Assembly (NCBI GenBank): GCA_037381445.1
Contig: JARRQT010000080.1
Coordinates: forward strand, 6,385-20,595
Length of the DNA stretch: 14,211 bases
Direction of reading: 5' to 3'
DNA from: Calditrichia bacterium
Lineage (GTDB): Bacteria; Calditrichota; Calditrichia; RBG-13-44-9
The notes beneath the pieces are model-generated. The model was not told the DNA's origin, ran no database searches, and was given only the letters and a program-made list of their open reading frames with translations. Positions 1-8,199 of this stretch are shown piece after piece. The position numbers and the translations under genes are program-made. Position 1 is the first letter of the stretch. The number at the start of each line of letters is the position of its first letter.

Positions 1-915
1 AATCCTGTTGACCTGATCATTGGGACGGTGCCGCCTTTTACTGCGGGAATGGCTGCTGCCTTCGCAAATATGCTTTTTCATATTCCCTGTGTCCTTGATT
101 TCCGGGATGCCTGGACCCATAATCCGTATCTGCCGGAAATCTCTCCGTTTCACAGCCGCCTGCAATCCTGCCTGGAAAATTTCACCTTAAGAAGGTCTGC
201 CGGGGTGATTTTCGTGAATCCCAAATTAGAAAAATATTATTTAGACCGTTATCCGGTTTTGGTATCCAGAGAGATTGTGACTATCCGAAACGGTTATGAT
301 CCTGAGGATTTTATTAATAAATCAGAAGCAAGAAGTGACGCAAATCCCGGAATTTTCCGCATCGGTATAATGGGTACGGTCTATTCGCAGGGTAACGCCC
401 CTATGCCCTTACTACGGGCAGTGGCGGAAATGAAAAAAGATGACCCCACACTGTCTAAAAGATTGCAGCTAGTGTTTATCGGTAAATGGGCAAATAATTT
501 TATACAGGAAATAAGGCAATTCAATATTGATGAATTGATAGATTGGGTATCCTACCTGCCCCATCGTGAAGCCCTGAAGCTCGCCTTACAGATGGATGCA
601 CAGGCACTGGCAGTCCAAAGCGGTTTGCCCGGCAGCAAAAATGTAACGCCTGGCAGAATATATGAATATCTCTATCTTAAAAAACCCATCCTGGCCATGT
701 GTCCTCCAAATAGTGATCTAGCTGATCTGGTATCAGAGTGCCGCGCCGGGGAATTCGTTGAGTATGATGACATCCCGCGTGTAAGAGGAATTCTAAACGA
801 TTGGCTAAAAAGCACGGATAAATTGACATCCCGTTATGAGTTTAAAAATCTGCAGGATTTTCATCGGAAACAGCTTGCCAAACAACTGTTGGCTTTTCTC
901 AGCAGCTTTAAATAA
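1..915 (+). CDS. Glycosyltransferase family 4 (GT-B fold), 5'-truncated by the window edge
   Basis: Frame is open from base 1 (NPVDLIIGTVPPF...), so GTG 28 is probably internal. Motifs DFRDAW, IRNGYD, GTVY and PGRIYEYLYLKKPILA resemble GT4/RfaB-like enzymes. TAA at 913-915. Confidence 0.85.
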   Translation, partial: NPVDLIIGTVPPFTAGMAAAFANMLFHIPCVLDFRDAWTHNPYLPEISPFHSRLQSCLENFTLRRSAGVIFVNPKLEKYYLDRYPVLVSREIVTIRNGYDPEDFINKSEARSDANPGIFRIGIMGTVYSQGNAPMPLLRAVAEMKKDDPTLSKRLQLVFIGKWANNFIQEIRQFNIDELIDWVSYLPHREALKLALQMDAQALAVQSGLPGSKNVTPGRIYEYLYLKKPILAMCPPNSDLADLVSECRAGEFVEYDDIPRVRGILNDWLKSTDKLTSRYEFKNLQDFHRKQLAKQLLAFLSSFK

Positions 916-1049
916 GTTTCTGCTTTGTGCATAAAAATATCTATTTATTCCGAATTTATTGTTACCCCGCTTTAAAAAAATAATATTTTATGAATATTCA
1001 AAATAATTATGGAATCTGATGCCAATTAGATAATTCTTTTCATTTTTAT

Positions 1050-1078
1050 TTGTAAATCGCAAAGGACGGTCGTATATT
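1050..1078 (+). promoter_or_regulatory. Putative sigma70 promoter upstream of the aminomutase gene
   Basis: TTGTAA (1050-1055), 17-nt spacer, TATATT (1073-1078), preceded by an AT-rich tract. Confidence 0.5.
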
Positions 1079-1486
1079 ATTTTTGGAATAGGTTCAAATG
1101 TTCCTTTTGATTGTGGGAAGTCTTCTGAGGGTGCTCTGGTTGAATTATCGTTTCAGTAGTAAATGCTTCGTGCCTCTGGCATGTATTTGCTTCCAAGATC
1201 GTAGTAGTACTTTCGCCCGATATTTCTCAAAATAAGTTTTTCCAGCGCCAGCGATGGTGAATGAATCTTGACCGGAAGGTTTTGAAAATTTACAAAAAAC
1301 GACAAAGTTTCGAAGTCGCCATAAAAATGATTAATTGATCATTCAGTTATATTCTTGGAAACTTTATTAATAGAGAGGCTTATTTATTGGTAGGTGTTTA
1401 TGTCTTGGCCATTAATTTTTGACTGACCATAATTCAAAGGAGGAATAATTTAAAGAAAGGAGATTCTGTCATCCGTTGAAGAGCAG

Positions 1487-2569
1487 GTGGAATTACATCG
1501 GGTGACAGACAAATTTGCATTTCGCACCAATACATATTATCAAAGTCTAATTAACTGGAACGATCCGGAAGATCCCATCCGGCGGATTATTGTGCCGGAT
1601 ATGGAAGAGTTGACAGCTTGGGGCCAGCTGGACGCCTCGAGTGAGCATAAATACAAAAAAGTCCACGGTCTGGAACACAAGTATGAATACACTGCCCTGC
1701 TTCTTATTAATGATGTCTGCGGTGCCTACTGCAGGTTCTGTTTCCGGAAACGACTTTTTATGGATATGAACGATGAGGTAGTGAGAGATGTTACCGGCGG
1801 AATAGAATACATACGGAACCATAAGGAAATTAATAATGTGCTGCTGACCGGGGGCGACCCTTTGGTTATGTCAACCCGCAAACTGGGGAATATTCTTTCT
1901 CAGTTGCGAGAGATTGACCATGTTCAGATTATCCGCATTGGCAGCAAGATGCCGGCTTTTAATCCTTACCGGATACTCAACGATCCCTCGCTGGTGGAAA
2001 TGCTTGAAAAATACAGTAGCAGTGAAAAGAAAATTTATCTGATGGCGCATTTCAATCATCCGCGCGAATTGACCCCGCAAGCCGTGGAAGCAATGAATCT
2101 GCTGCAGAAGGCGGGAGTGGTGACGGTTAATCAGACCCCGCTGCTTCGCGGGGTGAATGATGATCCGGAAACACTGGCAGAACTGTTCAATAAATTGTCA
2201 TATGCAGGAATCCCGCCGTATTACGTCTTCCAGTGCCGCCCCACTGCGGGAAATAAGATGTTCGCTGTGCCAATTGAAGAGGGGTTGGAAATCTTTGAAC
2301 AGGCCCGCATGAAATGTTCGGGTCTGGCGAAGCGGGCACGTCTTGTTATGTCCCATGCCACCGGAAAGATTGAAATTCTTGCCATGACGGATGAGAATAT
2401 CATTTTCCGCTATCATCGGGCAGCCAATCCGGAAGAGAAATCCCGGCTGATGATTTTTAGAAGAAATCCTGATGCCTACTGGCTGGATGATTATGAAGAG
2501 ATTATAGATGAGTATAATTTCGAAAATCCGTTCTACGGGATTCTCTATGAGGATAAAAAGGGCGCCTGA
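1487..2569 (+). CDS. KamA-family radical SAM / PLP-dependent aminomutase (substrate uncertain; start uncertain)
   Basis: CxxxCxxC motif (CGAYCRFCFRKR), GLEHKY, LLTGGDPL, HFNHPRE, NQTPLLRGVND, PYYVFQC and a candidate PLP lysine in TGKIEI, all typical of the lysine 2,3-aminomutase family. Confidence 0.9.
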   Translation: MELHRVTDKFAFRTNTYYQSLINWNDPEDPIRRIIVPDMEELTAWGQLDASSEHKYKKVHGLEHKYEYTALLLINDVCGAYCRFCFRKRLFMDMNDEVVRDVTGGIEYIRNHKEINNVLLTGGDPLVMSTRKLGNILSQLREIDHVQIIRIGSKMPAFNPYRILNDPSLVEMLEKYSSSEKKIYLMAHFNHPRELTPQAVEAMNLLQKAGVVTVNQTPLLRGVNDDPETLAELFNKLSYAGIPPYYVFQCRPTAGNKMFAVPIEEGLEIFEQARMKCSGLAKRARLVMSHATGKIEILAMTDENIIFRYHRAANPEEKSRLMIFRRNPDAYWLDDYEEIIDEYNFENPFYGILYEDKKGA

Positions 2570-2627
2570 GACAACTTCGGTTTTAGGAATGGTTACGGTT
2601 AATTTAATTAATAAATGCAAACAACCA

Positions 2628-2759
2628 GATATTTAGTCGATTAAATATCAGGGTAGCGATCGTTCATTTCGGGTTGGATGTGCACAGAAACGGCGGGTAA
2701 ATATAGGTCGCTACCTTTTATCCCCGCCATCTCCTGAATTATCAGGCTGATGTTTTTTT
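2628..2759. other. Cluster of inverted repeats between convergent genes; probably includes terminator(s)
   Basis: Pairings: 2628-2636/2641-2649, 2650-2661/2706-2717, 2687-2697/2723-2733 and 2733-2737/2742-2746. T7 tract at 2753-2759. Confidence 0.55.
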
Positions 2760-2770
2760 GATCGTATTTT

Positions 2771-4417
2771 TTATTCCAGCAGCCCTATTTCCCTTTCAAC
2801 CGCCTCCAGTAATTTCCCGCTTTTAATCAATTCTAAAATAATATCAATATCTCTGTAAATGGGACGGTCATTGTCCAGAAATGGCACAACCTCCCGCAAT
2901 TTTCGGTAAGCCGTCAGCGTTCCCGCGCCAAACAGCTTCTCAGCGTCAGAATGATCCGACATTCGCTGGCCTTTTTTCTTTAACCTCAGATCAAGTGCCT
3001 GGGCAGCATACATCAGTTCGATGGCCACGATTTTCTGCACATTTTCCAGGATTATCCTTGCTTTGCGGGCAGCGATAGGCGCCATGCTCACATGGTCTTC
3101 CTGGTTTTCACAGGTTGGGATCGAATCGACGCTTGCCGGATGGGACAGCGTTTTGTTTTCTGAAACCAGCGAGGCGGCTGTATATTGGGCAAGCATCAAT
3201 CCGCTCTCAAGCCCGTCGTTATCAATAAGGAAGGAGGGGAGGCCCCCATTCAAACTCTTATCCGACATTCGGAAAATTCTTCTCTCCGCGATATTTCCCA
3301 CTTCGCAGAGAACAATCGATAAAAAATCCGCGCCGAAGGCTATGGGCTGTGCGTGGAAATTCCCACCGGAAATTGCTTTGTTCAATCCTGGCATATCGGG
3401 GAAGATGATAGGATTATCATTGGTGGCATTCATTTCGATGTTCAGGACATTCATGATGTAACCGAGCGCGTCGCGCACCCCGGCCATAACCTGCGGATGG
3501 CACCGCAAACTGTAGGCGTCCTGCACTTTCTCGGGATGCTGATCCAGCAATCTGCTGCCCGCCGTCAACCGCCTTATGTTTGCCGCAGTTTTAACCTGGC
3601 CCGGATGGGGGCGCAGACCGTGCAACTCCTCGCGAAAAGCCGAAGAGATTCCCTGCAATGCCTCCAGACTCATTGCCATGGCGATGTCTGCCTGTTTCAC
3701 GATTTCTATCGCATCGTACATCGCCAGCGCTAAAAGCGCTGTGGAAATCTGAGTACCATTATTCAGGGCCAGACCCTCTTTGGCTTCCAGTACTATGCGG
3801 GGGATTCCCGCAAACTGCATGGCTTCCCATCCGGATAGCAGTTCCCACTCTTCTACATCGCGATGGTAGTAATAGGCCCGCCCGCTGTTCTGCCGCGAGT
3901 CGTCGACCATTCCCTGACTAAGCACCAGCGCAAGGTGCGAAAGCGGCGCAAGATCTCCGCTCGCTCCCAGGGAACCTTGTTCGGGTATCCAGGGCGTCAC
4001 GCCCCGTTCCAGCATCTGCAGCAGGGTATCGACAACCTCAAGGCGTATTCCTGAGTGGCCTTTTGCAAGAGTGTTGGCACGCATCAGCATGGCGACCCGG
4101 ACAACATCAATGGGAAGCGGTTTGCCGGTGCCGGCAGAGTGGCTCATTATCAGATTGCGCTGCAGGTCTTTTAATTTTTCCTTGCTGATGGAAACCGAGG
4201 CCTTAGAACCAAAGCCGGTGTTTATGCCGTATACGATCGGTTCACCGCTTTTTTGAACCTGATCGACCCACTCGCGGCTATGCTTAATTTTAAGTTTCGA
4301 CTCGTCAGAAATTGAAATAACAGATCCCGGTGTCCGGGCAATTTTAACAACATTGTCAAGTGTCAGATGTTTACCATCCAGCACGAGCCTGATCGGATTT
4401 TGATCGGAAATATCCAC
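2771..4417 (-). CDS. hutH: Histidine ammonia-lyase (MIO-dependent)
   Basis: YGINTGFG, MIO tripeptide in GASGDLAPL, HAL-type specificity residues SH (LIMSHSAG) and NQEDHVSM, QDAYSLRC, SGGNFH. AGGAG lies 8 nt before the GTG start. Confidence 0.93.
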   Translation of the reverse strand: MDISDQNPIRLVLDGKHLTLDNVVKIARTPGSVISISDESKLKIKHSREWVDQVQKSGEPIVYGINTGFGSKASVSISKEKLKDLQRNLIMSHSAGTGKPLPIDVVRVAMLMRANTLAKGHSGIRLEVVDTLLQMLERGVTPWIPEQGSLGASGDLAPLSHLALVLSQGMVDDSRQNSGRAYYYHRDVEEWELLSGWEAMQFAGIPRIVLEAKEGLALNNGTQISTALLALAMYDAIEIVKQADIAMAMSLEALQGISSAFREELHGLRPHPGQVKTAANIRRLTAGSRLLDQHPEKVQDAYSLRCHPQVMAGVRDALGYIMNVLNIEMNATNDNPIIFPDMPGLNKAISGGNFHAQPIAFGADFLSIVLCEVGNIAERRIFRMSDKSLNGGLPSFLIDNDGLESGLMLAQYTAASLVSENKTLSHPASVDSIPTCENQEDHVSMAPIAARKARIILENVQKIVAIELMYAAQALDLRLKKKGQRMSDHSDAEKLFGAGTLTAYRKLREVVPFLDNDRPIYRDIDIILELIKSGKLLEAVEREIGLLE

Positions 4418-4620
4418 AGAAAACGCTCCTTACTTTGTTTTGGGCAGAAACAAAATAGAAATATTTCGCATTGTCGGGCAAGGGAATTTTAATTTCTTTA
4501 TTTTCATACTCTTTTCCGATGCAATATTCAAAAAGAATACAAAAGATTCGTCTCTTTCAACCGGATAAGAAATATTCAACTTGCAAGGTGCGGCTTCCTG
4601 GCCTGCCTTTCAGAATTTGC

Positions 4621-4649
4621 TTGCGATGAATTTTATCTGTATTTATTAT
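4621..4649 (+). promoter_or_regulatory. Putative sigma70 promoter of the maturation protease gene
   Basis: TTGCGA (4621-4626), 17-nt spacer, TATTAT (4644-4649), about 20 nt before GTG 4669. Confidence 0.45.
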
Positions 4650-4668
4650 AAAAATAAAAGGTTAGAAA

Positions 4669-5139
4669 GTGAAAGATATCCTTATTCTTGGTATTGGAAA
4701 CCTGCTGATGGGTGACGAAGGAATTGGAATTCATGTGGTAAGACGCCTGCAGGAAGATAAATCCCTGAAGGGAATAGATATTGTCGACGGCGGAACAGGG
4801 GGATTTCATCTCCTGAATTATTTTCATGAATATAAACGGGTCATACTGGTGGATGCAACAATTGACGGCCGGCCGGCGGGTACGGTGCGGATGCTGAAAC
4901 CCAGGTTTTCCAGCGATTATCCACCCACACTCACCGCCCATGATATCGGGTTAAAAGATTTGCTCGATGCCCTTTATTTGCTGGATGAACAACCAGAGAT
5001 TGTGCTTTTTACCATTTCCATTGAAAAACTGGATAAGGTTACGCTGGATATTTCCCCTGATATTCAAAGAACGATCGGGAAGGCAGCGGAACGAATTGCC
5101 GCCTACATAAAAGAACGGGGTTTGCTAACTGAAACCTGA
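4669..5139 (+). CDS. hyaD: [NiFe]-hydrogenase maturation endopeptidase (HyaD/HybD family)
   Basis: ILGIGNLLMGDEGIG, DGGT, LVDA and TAHDIGL give the Glu/Asp/His metal ligands. 156 aa; a hydrogenase with a cleavable C-terminal tail is in the window. Confidence 0.93.
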   Translation: MKDILILGIGNLLMGDEGIGIHVVRRLQEDKSLKGIDIVDGGTGGFHLLNYFHEYKRVILVDATIDGRPAGTVRMLKPRFSSDYPPTLTAHDIGLKDLLDALYLLDEQPEIVLFTISIEKLDKVTLDISPDIQRTIGKAAERIAAYIKERGLLTET

Positions 5140-5219
5140 TGAGGTGTTACTTTTCTCTGCCGATATTATTAACACATCCCGCCGCATACCCCATTTATTA
5201 AAGGCATAGAATTCCGGGT

Positions 5220-6503
5220 CTATCCCTTTTTGCGCAGTTTTTCCATATCCCGAATCTTAAAGAAGAGAGCCACGGCAAGGACCGTGATAAAAAGCGTGGC
5301 GATGCCGAATCCTCTCCGGCGGGTATGGTAATCTTTAACTTCCTGTCTTTCCAGAACAATGGCCTCATTGGTTTTTTTGATGCCTTCTCCGGCCTTGGCG
5401 GCAACCTTTGAAGGATCGAAAGTGTGCACCAGTGTGCGGGAATGAATCAGATCCTGATTTGCCTCCTGCAGAAGAAACAGAATATCCACATCATCCATTC
5501 CCTTTTGCTGCACGTCTTTCAGCCTGACCTGTGCGGAATCATAAAGATTCACAAAAGTCTTAATCTGGTGATGGATTTGCTCCGCAGCATGATAACCATT
5601 GTCACCAGCATCATGACAGGCAATGCAGACCGAAGACTCTCCCACGCCGACCATTTCATCACTTGTCTTTTGGACGCCGTGGTTTCCGTGGCATTGCTCG
5701 CAGGCGTGAACGTCCAATTGCTCAAACGGCTCGGCCATGGGGCTGGCCGTAAAATAATTGAGATTGTTGACATGGCAGTTACCGCAGACATGCGAAACCG
5801 ATTCAACCCCGGGCGGCGTTGCCCCATGGTTCCCGTGGCAATCATTACAGGCAGGCGCACCGGTATCTTTGTTTTCCAGCAAATCCATACCATGAACGCT
5901 GGTTGCATACCTTGCGAACTGGTCGGTCGGAATATGATATTCTTTCATGTAATCGGGATCACTATGGCATTTTTTGCAGGTATTGGGCACATTCAGGGGG
6001 TAGACGGTTGAACGCGCATCCTTAACCGAAAAGATGGCATGAGAGGTATGACAACTGACGCATTCAGCAACCTTCTGGTCCTTTAGCCGGAGTTTTTTAC
6101 CGTGAACGCTGGTGTAGTATTGTTCCACCTGGTCGGTTTGGATTCGCGGTCGGTAGGTCCGCATGAAATTTATACTGGAATGACACTTTCCGCAAAACTG
6201 CGGGATTTCCGCCCGGGTTGGTACGCCGGCAAATCCGTTTTTTGGACTCATTGCCACCTCGGGGTCATCCGATGCCGGATTGCCGCCGTGGCAGCCTGAG
6301 CACGACAGCCCCGGCTGCATATGGATGTCATTTTCATTAAAACCAGAGGGCAGAATTCCCATCTCCCGGTGGCAGGTAAGGCAGTGGTCCTCGGAAAGCG
6401 ACGGTACGGTATTGTCAGCATAAAGAATCTCCGCGATGAAAAATGTATTTGCCATGGCGTAGAAGAGAATTAAAAAAGTGGAAAGAGAGAGAAAATTTTT
6501 CAT
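5220..6503 (-). CDS. Exported, C-terminally anchored nonaheme cytochrome c
   Basis: Nine CxxCH motifs (CLTCH, CSGCH, CGKCH, CVSCH, CKKCH, CNDCH, CGNCH, CEQCH, CIACH). Start reassigned to ATG 6503 (AAGGA 9 nt upstream, no overlap with cyt b, signal-peptide-like MKNFLSLSTFLILFYA...LYA). C-terminal TM GFGIATLFITVLAVALFF with basic tail. Confidence 0.92.
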   Translation of the reverse strand: MKNFLSLSTFLILFYAMANTFFIAEILYADNTVPSLSEDHCLTCHREMGILPSGFNENDIHMQPGLSCSGCHGGNPASDDPEVAMSPKNGFAGVPTRAEIPQFCGKCHSSINFMRTYRPRIQTDQVEQYYTSVHGKKLRLKDQKVAECVSCHTSHAIFSVKDARSTVYPLNVPNTCKKCHSDPDYMKEYHIPTDQFARYATSVHGMDLLENKDTGAPACNDCHGNHGATPPGVESVSHVCGNCHVNNLNYFTASPMAEPFEQLDVHACEQCHGNHGVQKTSDEMVGVGESSVCIACHDAGDNGYHAAEQIHHQIKTFVNLYDSAQVRLKDVQQKGMDDVDILFLLQEANQDLIHSRTLVHTFDPSKVAAKAGEGIKKTNEAIVLERQEVKDYHTRRRGFGIATLFITVLAVALFFKIRDMEKLRKKG

Positions 6504-6522
6504 GAGGCCCATTCCTTCATAT

Positions 6523-7617
6523 TTAAACCATATATCCCACAATTGTAAATATTATGATATAGATAAGCGCGGCCATGCCCGCAATATTCATGAAATGGAT
6601 TTTGGCGGTACCCTGCGGCCTCACTTCCCAGAAAGGAACAAACATCCAGATAATACCGGCGATTGCGAAAGCCAGAATGCCAACCAATTCTCCTTCCAGA
6701 AACAGAATGTGGGCTGGTAAAAATTTTAAGGTCTGAAACATGAACATAAAATACCATTCCGGGCGGATTCCTGCCGGAGCAGGCGCGAAGGGATCTGCTT
6801 TAAAACCCAAGTCCCAGGGATAGAAGACAGCCAGAAACAGAAGCACATTCAACACAATCAGCCATAAGAGAGCATCGCGAAGGAAGAAATTAGGGAAGAA
6901 TGACATCCACTTCTTTTTGGCATCCGGCAGATTTTTTAGATGTTCCGGTTCGCTCATTCCCTGCCGCTGCACAAAAAGGAGGTGAAGCACCAGAAAGGTT
7001 GTAAAGATGGCAGGCAGAACAGCCACATGAAAACCGTAAAACCTGGTGAGGGTAGCACCGGTAACATCATCGCCGCCTCTTAAAACCAGCATGAGCGGTT
7101 TCCCGATAAAGGGAATGGCACCGACAATATCCGTCCCGACTTTCGTGGCAAAGAAGGCCAGTTCATTCCAGGGGAGCAAATATCCGCTGAATCCGAATCC
7201 CAGCGCCAGCAGCAGAAGAAGGAAGCCAGATACCCAGGTAATTTCGCGCGGCTTCTGGTAGGCTCGGGTGAAGTAGGTGCTGAACATGTGCACAAAAACA
7301 AAAAAGATCATCAGATTGGCCGACCAACTGTGGATAGACCGCACTAACCAGCCAAAATTTACTTTGGTGAGAATAAAGCGCATGCTCTCGTATGCCGTGT
7401 CGGCCCCGGGACGATAATACAGAAGCAGCAGAATCCCGGAGAGCACCTGTACGATAAAAAGGAAGAGCGTGACACCGCCCATGTAATACCAGATCATATG
7501 CTTGTGAACAGGCACTTTTTTCTTCGACATGAATTCAATGACTGGTGTCAGTTCATACCGCTTGTCCAGCCATTCATAAATTTTATTTGTTTTCCAGTTC
7601 ATTTTCATCTTTTTCAT
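6523..7617 (-). CDS. petB: Cytochrome b of a Rieske/cytochrome b complex (unsplit b6 + subunit IV type, 7 TM)
   Basis: Heme ligands H96/H110 and H197/H212, [15 protein letters not shown], Qo-site PEWY. ATGA overlap with the Rieske stop codon at 7614-7617. Confidence 0.93.
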   Translation of the reverse strand: MKKMKMNWKTNKIYEWLDKRYELTPVIEFMSKKKVPVHKHMIWYYMGGVTLFLFIVQVLSGILLLLYYRPGADTAYESMRFILTKVNFGWLVRSIHSWSANLMIFFVFVHMFSTYFTRAYQKPREITWVSGFLLLLLALGFGFSGYLLPWNELAFFATKVGTDIVGAIPFIGKPLMLVLRGGDDVTGATLTRFYGFHVAVLPAIFTTFLVLHLLFVQRQGMSEPEHLKNLPDAKKKWMSFFPNFFLRDALLWLIVLNVLLFLAVFYPWDLGFKADPFAPAPAGIRPEWYFMFMFQTLKFLPAHILFLEGELVGILAFAIAGIIWMFVPFWEVRPQGTAKIHFMNIAGMAALIYIIIFTIVGYMV

Positions 7618-8069
7618 CCCGCCGGATTAATTATGGTCACTTCATCGTTGGCAACTTTTACGGTATACTCTTCCAAAGGCTTGGGCGGAGGACCGGAGAC
7701 ATTCCTTCCGTTTAAATCATAGGTGCCGTTGTGGCAGGCGCACCAGATTTGTTTGATATCCTGCCGGTATTGAACTATACAGTCCAGATGGGTGCAGGTG
7801 GCGGAAAATGCCCTGAATTCCCCATCGTCCATTCGAATCAGAATAACCGGCTTTCTGCCGAATTTTACGATCTTCCCGGTATTGGGTGAAAAATCCGTGA
7901 TGGCGCCTGCTTTGATAGAGTTTACATTTGCCTCCGGGATTTTTGGGGGAACCAAATATGAAAATACCGGATAAAACACGCTGGCAATCCAGCCCAGCAG
8001 TCCGCCCCCGATAATGAAATTTAAAAACTTGCGGCGGCTGGTTTTATTCATTTTCCTTTCCTCATTCAT
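7614..8069 (-). CDS. Rieske [2Fe-2S] subunit of the Rieske/cytochrome b complex
   Basis: Twin-arginine anchor SRRKFLN plus TM helix, CTHLDC and CACHNGTYD boxes, GPPPKPL. Alternative start at ATG 8051. Confidence 0.93.
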   Translation of the reverse strand: MNEERKMNKTSRRKFLNFIIGGGLLGWIASVFYPVFSYLVPPKIPEANVNSIKAGAITDFSPNTGKIVKFGRKPVILIRMDDGEFRAFSATCTHLDCIVQYRQDIKQIWCACHNGTYDLNGRNVSGPPPKPLEEYTVKVANDEVTIINPAG

Positions 8070-8199
8070 GCATGAATTCCTCTGTTTCTTTTCCGTTATT
8101 GATCAAAATTTTTTGCAATTAAAAAAATGGTCTATGGAAATTATTTGATGCGGGTCCTTTAAATATGTGCTTGTTGTTCCTGTAAATATTTCTGGGAAT

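Noticed and set aside
1120..1300. Lysine riboswitch upstream of a kamA-like gene
   Set aside because: Only a loose GAGGGTGC resemblance; the GAAAGG/GCCGAA elements and closing stem were not found.
2687..2759. Type II hammerhead-like order GAAAC-stem-ATC-stem-CTGATG
   Set aside because: Core is CTGATGT rather than CTGANGA, the pair next to the cleavage triplet is a C-A mismatch, there is an extra base before stem I, and no proper stem II forms.
5140..5219. Inverted repeat GTGTTA/TAACAC between the protease and cytochrome c genes
   Set aside because: Short AT-rich stem with a large loop; too weak to call a terminator.
6504..6542. ORF-track N-terminal extension of the multiheme cytochrome ([13 protein letters not shown])
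   Set aside because: It overlaps the cyt b 3' end; ATG 6503 has an SD and gives a clean signal peptide.
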